A DNA stretch of 64,000 bases from the human T2T-CHM13v2.0 reference genome, Homo sapiens. Position 1 is the stretch's first letter. Each line of letters opens with the position of its first letter. The stretch lies in the NCBI RefSeq assembly GCF_009914755.1, contig NC_060941.1. One strand, given 5' to 3'. The position numbers were made by a program, and so were the translations under genes. Below, piece after piece: positions 60,926-64,000 of the stretch. The notes under the pieces are model-generated. The model saw only the letters and a program-made list of their open reading frames with translations, was not told where the DNA came from and ran no database searches.

Positions 60926-62203
60926 GTCCCGGCCGCAGCGCGTTTTTGTGGCTTTTTGCCCCCGCTACCGCTGCTTTCTGACCCCGCCGCCGCGGGTTTT
61001 TGCCACCGCGGCTGTTTACCCCCGCTGCCGCGGCTTGTTGCCCCCGTCGCCCAGGCTTTTTCCGCCGCCGCCGCGTCTTTTTGCCCCCGACGCCACGGCT
61101 TTTTACGGCTTTTTGCCCCCGTCCCCGCAGCTTTTTGCCGCCACGCCTTTTTGCCCCCGTCGCCACTACGGCTTTTTGTCACCCCCGCCGCGGCTTTTTG
61201 CCACCCCGGCTGTTTGTCCCCACCGCCGCGGGTTTTTGCCGCCGCGGCTGTTTGCCCCCACTGCCGCGGCTTGTTGCCCCCGCCGCCGCGGCTTTTTGCC
61301 CCCGAAGCCGCAGGTTTTTATGGCTTTTTGCCCCCGTCGCCTCTGCTTGTTGCCCCCGCCGCCGTGGCTTGTTGCCCCCGCCGCCACGGCTTTTTGCCGC
61401 TGCCGCGATTTGCTCCCGCCGACGCGGCTTTTTGCCCCCGCCACCGCGGGTTTTTGCCGCCTCGGCTGTTTGCGGCCCCTGCTTTTTGCCCCCGCTGCCG
61501 TGGCTTTTTCCCCTGCGGCCTCGGCTTTCTGCCCCCGTCGCCACAGATTTTTGCCGCTGTGGCTTTTTAACCCGCCGCCGCGGCTTTTGGTCCCCGCTGC
61601 CGAGGCTTTTTGCCGACCCTGCTTTTTGTCCCCGCGGCTTTCTGCCCCCGCCTCCGCCGCTTTTTGCCGCTACGGGTTTTTGCCCCCACAGCCACAGTTT
61701 TTTGCCCTCGCCGCCGCAGATTTTTGCAGCTTTTTGTCCCCGCCGCCGCGGCTTTTTGCCCCCGCCGCTGCGACTTTTTCCGCCGCGGCTTTTTGCAGCT
61801 TTTGGCCCCCGCCGCCGCGGCTTTTTGCTCCCCCCGCCACGGGGTTTGGCCGCCGGTGCTTTTTGCGCCCGCCGCCTCGGGTTTTGCCAACGCGGCTTTT
61901 TACGCCCATCGCCGCGCCTTTTTGCTTCCCGCAGCCCCTTTTTGTCCCCGCCGCCGCGGCTTTTTGCCCCCGCCGCCGAGGCTTTTTGCCGTCGCGGCTT
62001 TTTCCCCCGCCGCCGCTGCTTTTTGCGGCTTTTCACCCCCACCACCGCGGCTTTTTGCTGCCCGCCGCCGCCCCTTTTTGTCCCCGCCGCCGCGGCTTTC
62101 TGCTCCCGCCGTCGCGGTTTTCTGCCCCTGCCGCCAAGGTTTTTTGCCCCCGCCGCCGCTGCTTTTTATGGCTTTTCACCCCCGCCGCCGGGGATTTTTG
62201 CCC

Positions 62204-62235
<32 letters not shown>

Positions 62236-63432
62236 CCTTTTTGTTCCGGCCGCCGCGGCTATTTGCCCCCGTCGCCGCGGGTTTTTGCTCCTCCCATCTT
62301 AGGTTTTGGCCGCCGTGGCTTTTTGACCCCGCCGCCGCGGCTTTTTGCCCCCCCGCCCCCACCGCGGGTTTTGGCCGCCGAGGCTTTTTGGCCCCCGGCC
62401 GCCGCGGCCTTTTGCCGCCGGTTTTTCCCCCGCCGTCGCGGCTTTTTGCAGCTTTTTGCCCCCGCCGCCATGGGTTTTTGCCGACGCAGCTTTTGACACC
62501 CCACCGCCAGGGCTTTTTGCGCCCACCGCCGCGTCTTTTTGCTCCCGCCAGCGCGGCATTTTGTCCCTGCCGCCGCAGCTTTTTGTCCCCGCCGCCACGG
62601 CTTTTGCCTACGCGGCTTTTTCCCCCCGTCGCGGCTTTTTGTCCCCGCCGCCGCTGCTTTTGCGGCTTTTTGCCCCCGCCGCGGCGGCTTTTTGCTCCCC
62701 CTGCCGCGGGTTTTGGCCGCCGGTGCTTTTTGCGCCTGCCGCCGCGGGTTTTGCCAAAGCGGCTTTTTGCTTCCCGCTGCCGCCCCTTTTTGTCCTCGTC
62801 GCCGCGGCTTTTTGCGCCCCGCCGCCGAGGCTTTTTGCCACTGCGGCTTTTTGCCCCCGCCGCCGCTGCTTTTTGCGGCTTTTCGCCCCCTTGGCTTTTT
62901 ACCCCCGCGGCCGCCGCGGCTTTTTGCGCCCCGGCGCCGCGGTTTTTGCTGCCCGCCGCCGCGGATTTTTGCGCCCGCCACCGCGGCTTTTTGCTCCCCG
63001 TCGCCGCGGCTTTCTGCCCACGCCGTCGCGGTTTTCTGCCCCTGCCGCCGAGGCTTTTTGTCCCCGCCGCCGCGGCTTTTTGCTCCCCGCCGCCGCGGTT
63101 TTCTGCCCCCGCCGCCGAGGCTTTTTGCCCCCGCCGCTGCTTTTTGCAGCTTTTCGCCCCCGCCGCCGCGGGTTTTTGCCCCCGCCGCCGTGGCTTTTGC
63201 CCCCGCCGCCGTGGCTTTTGCCCCTGATTCCGCGGTTTTTCCCCCTGCCGCTGCGGCTTTTTGTGGTTTTTTGCCCCCGCTCCCGCGGCTTTTTGCCAGT
63301 GCTGCCGCGCCTCTTTCCCCGCCACCGCTCCTTTCTGCCCCCGCAGCCGCGCCTTTTTCCCCCCAGCCGCCGCTTTTTGCCGCCGCAGCTTTTTATCCCC
63401 GCTGCCGAGGATTTTTACCCCCGCCGCCGCGG
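60926..63432 (+). repeat. GC-rich satellite array 3
   Basis: About 2.5 kb of the same unit; shares variants with array 1 (GGCTTGTTGCCCCC, ACGGCTTTTTGCCCCCGTC). Confidence 0.94.
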
Positions 63433-63434
63433 CA

Positions 63435-63534
63435 CTGAGGGCGGGAGCGGCAGACTCGGCCGCCAGCTCCACTGGCGTCCTGGCAAGGGCAGCGCCGAGG
63501 GGCGCTCCTGGTCCAGCTCTCCCAGCTCAGGAGT
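63435..63534 (+). pseudogene. Stub of the sequence upstream of KSR1 exon 1 (probable 5' UTR), truncated before the coding start
   Basis: CTGAGGGCGGGAGCGGCAGACTCGGC...TGGTCCAGCTCTCCC matches 19817-19916, then diverges about 50 bp before the CTG position. Confidence 0.75.
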
Positions 63535-64000
63535 GTATGAATGCTTTGTGTTCTGACAAAGAGAATGTAGCACCCATGTCCTACCTGCTTGGTTGCATTG
63601 CCGGTGCCCACGGTAGTCCATTTTATCCAGGTTTTTAGGTTTTGTTGTGTTTCGTTTTGTTTTTTTCTTTTCAGGAGAGTTAGTCCAAGACCAATAACTC
63701 CATAACTGGTAGAATTGGAAGACTTTAATAGTGCTTAACGTTTTGTACATAGCTTTATAAGTTTTCTTTTTCTTTTTTTCTGATTCTTTTCAATATACCG
63801 CATCATGGTTGAACTCAAACTCATTGCTTATTTAAAATCTATAACTGCTGACGTTTTGTAACCTTCGCATTCCAGATAATTGGTTTTTTGTGTATTTTCT
63901 GTTTTTTTCTCCATCAGTCTACCTACATATTTGTTAGATTTAATATTTTAATATATTACTAGCAGTTACTCCCCATTTCCCCCTTTTCCCAGCCCCTGGC

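Larger units (their letters stand above)
54731..63534 (+). repeat. Segmental duplication, copy 2 (paralog of 13005-19916), including L1MB 54750-55370, AluJ 59325-59620, truncated Alu 60651-60778 and leader 60792-60925
   Basis: Colinear with copy 1; the extra length comes from the larger GC array. Confidence 0.95.

Noticed and set aside
60834-63556. Very long ORFs in many frames (up to 777 aa), also at 19181-19927 and 53338-54805
   Set aside because: The satellite has almost no A on the plus strand and almost no T on the minus strand, so stop codons are rare in every frame. The products are just the translated repeat unit.

Overview
Primate (human or great-ape) pericentromeric DNA with no intact host protein-coding gene. 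The window opens with about 27 divergent monomeric alpha-satellite units lacking CENP-B boxes (1-~4602), which end abruptly against an AT-rich, repeat-dense mosaic typical of pericentromeric segmental duplications. Three arrays of a CpG-rich ~22-bp satellite (GCCCCCGCCGCCGCGGCTTTTT; minus strand AAAAAGCCGCGG...) of about 0.55, 1.2 and 2.5 kb each follow the same ~140-bp leader. Array 1 runs straight into an unprocessed copy of KSR1 exon 1 (77 codons, frame open, CTG at the Met1 position, GT donor intact). A (GAAAT/GAT)n array follows, fused to a full-length L1PA4-like LINE-1 whose ORF1 and ORF2 are dead but whose antisense ORF0 is open. Bases 13005-19916 are duplicated at 54731-63534, and both ends of the second copy sit at GC arrays. 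The long Pro/Arg/Ala-rich and Phe/Ser/Leu-rich ORFs in the track are compositional artefacts. The strongest candidate for an under-described system is the recurring cassette leader + GC satellite + KSR1 5' end, acting as a duplication breakpoint module and possibly a substitute promoter. Repeat subfamily names and the KSR1 match come from recalled consensus sequences, not from a search.
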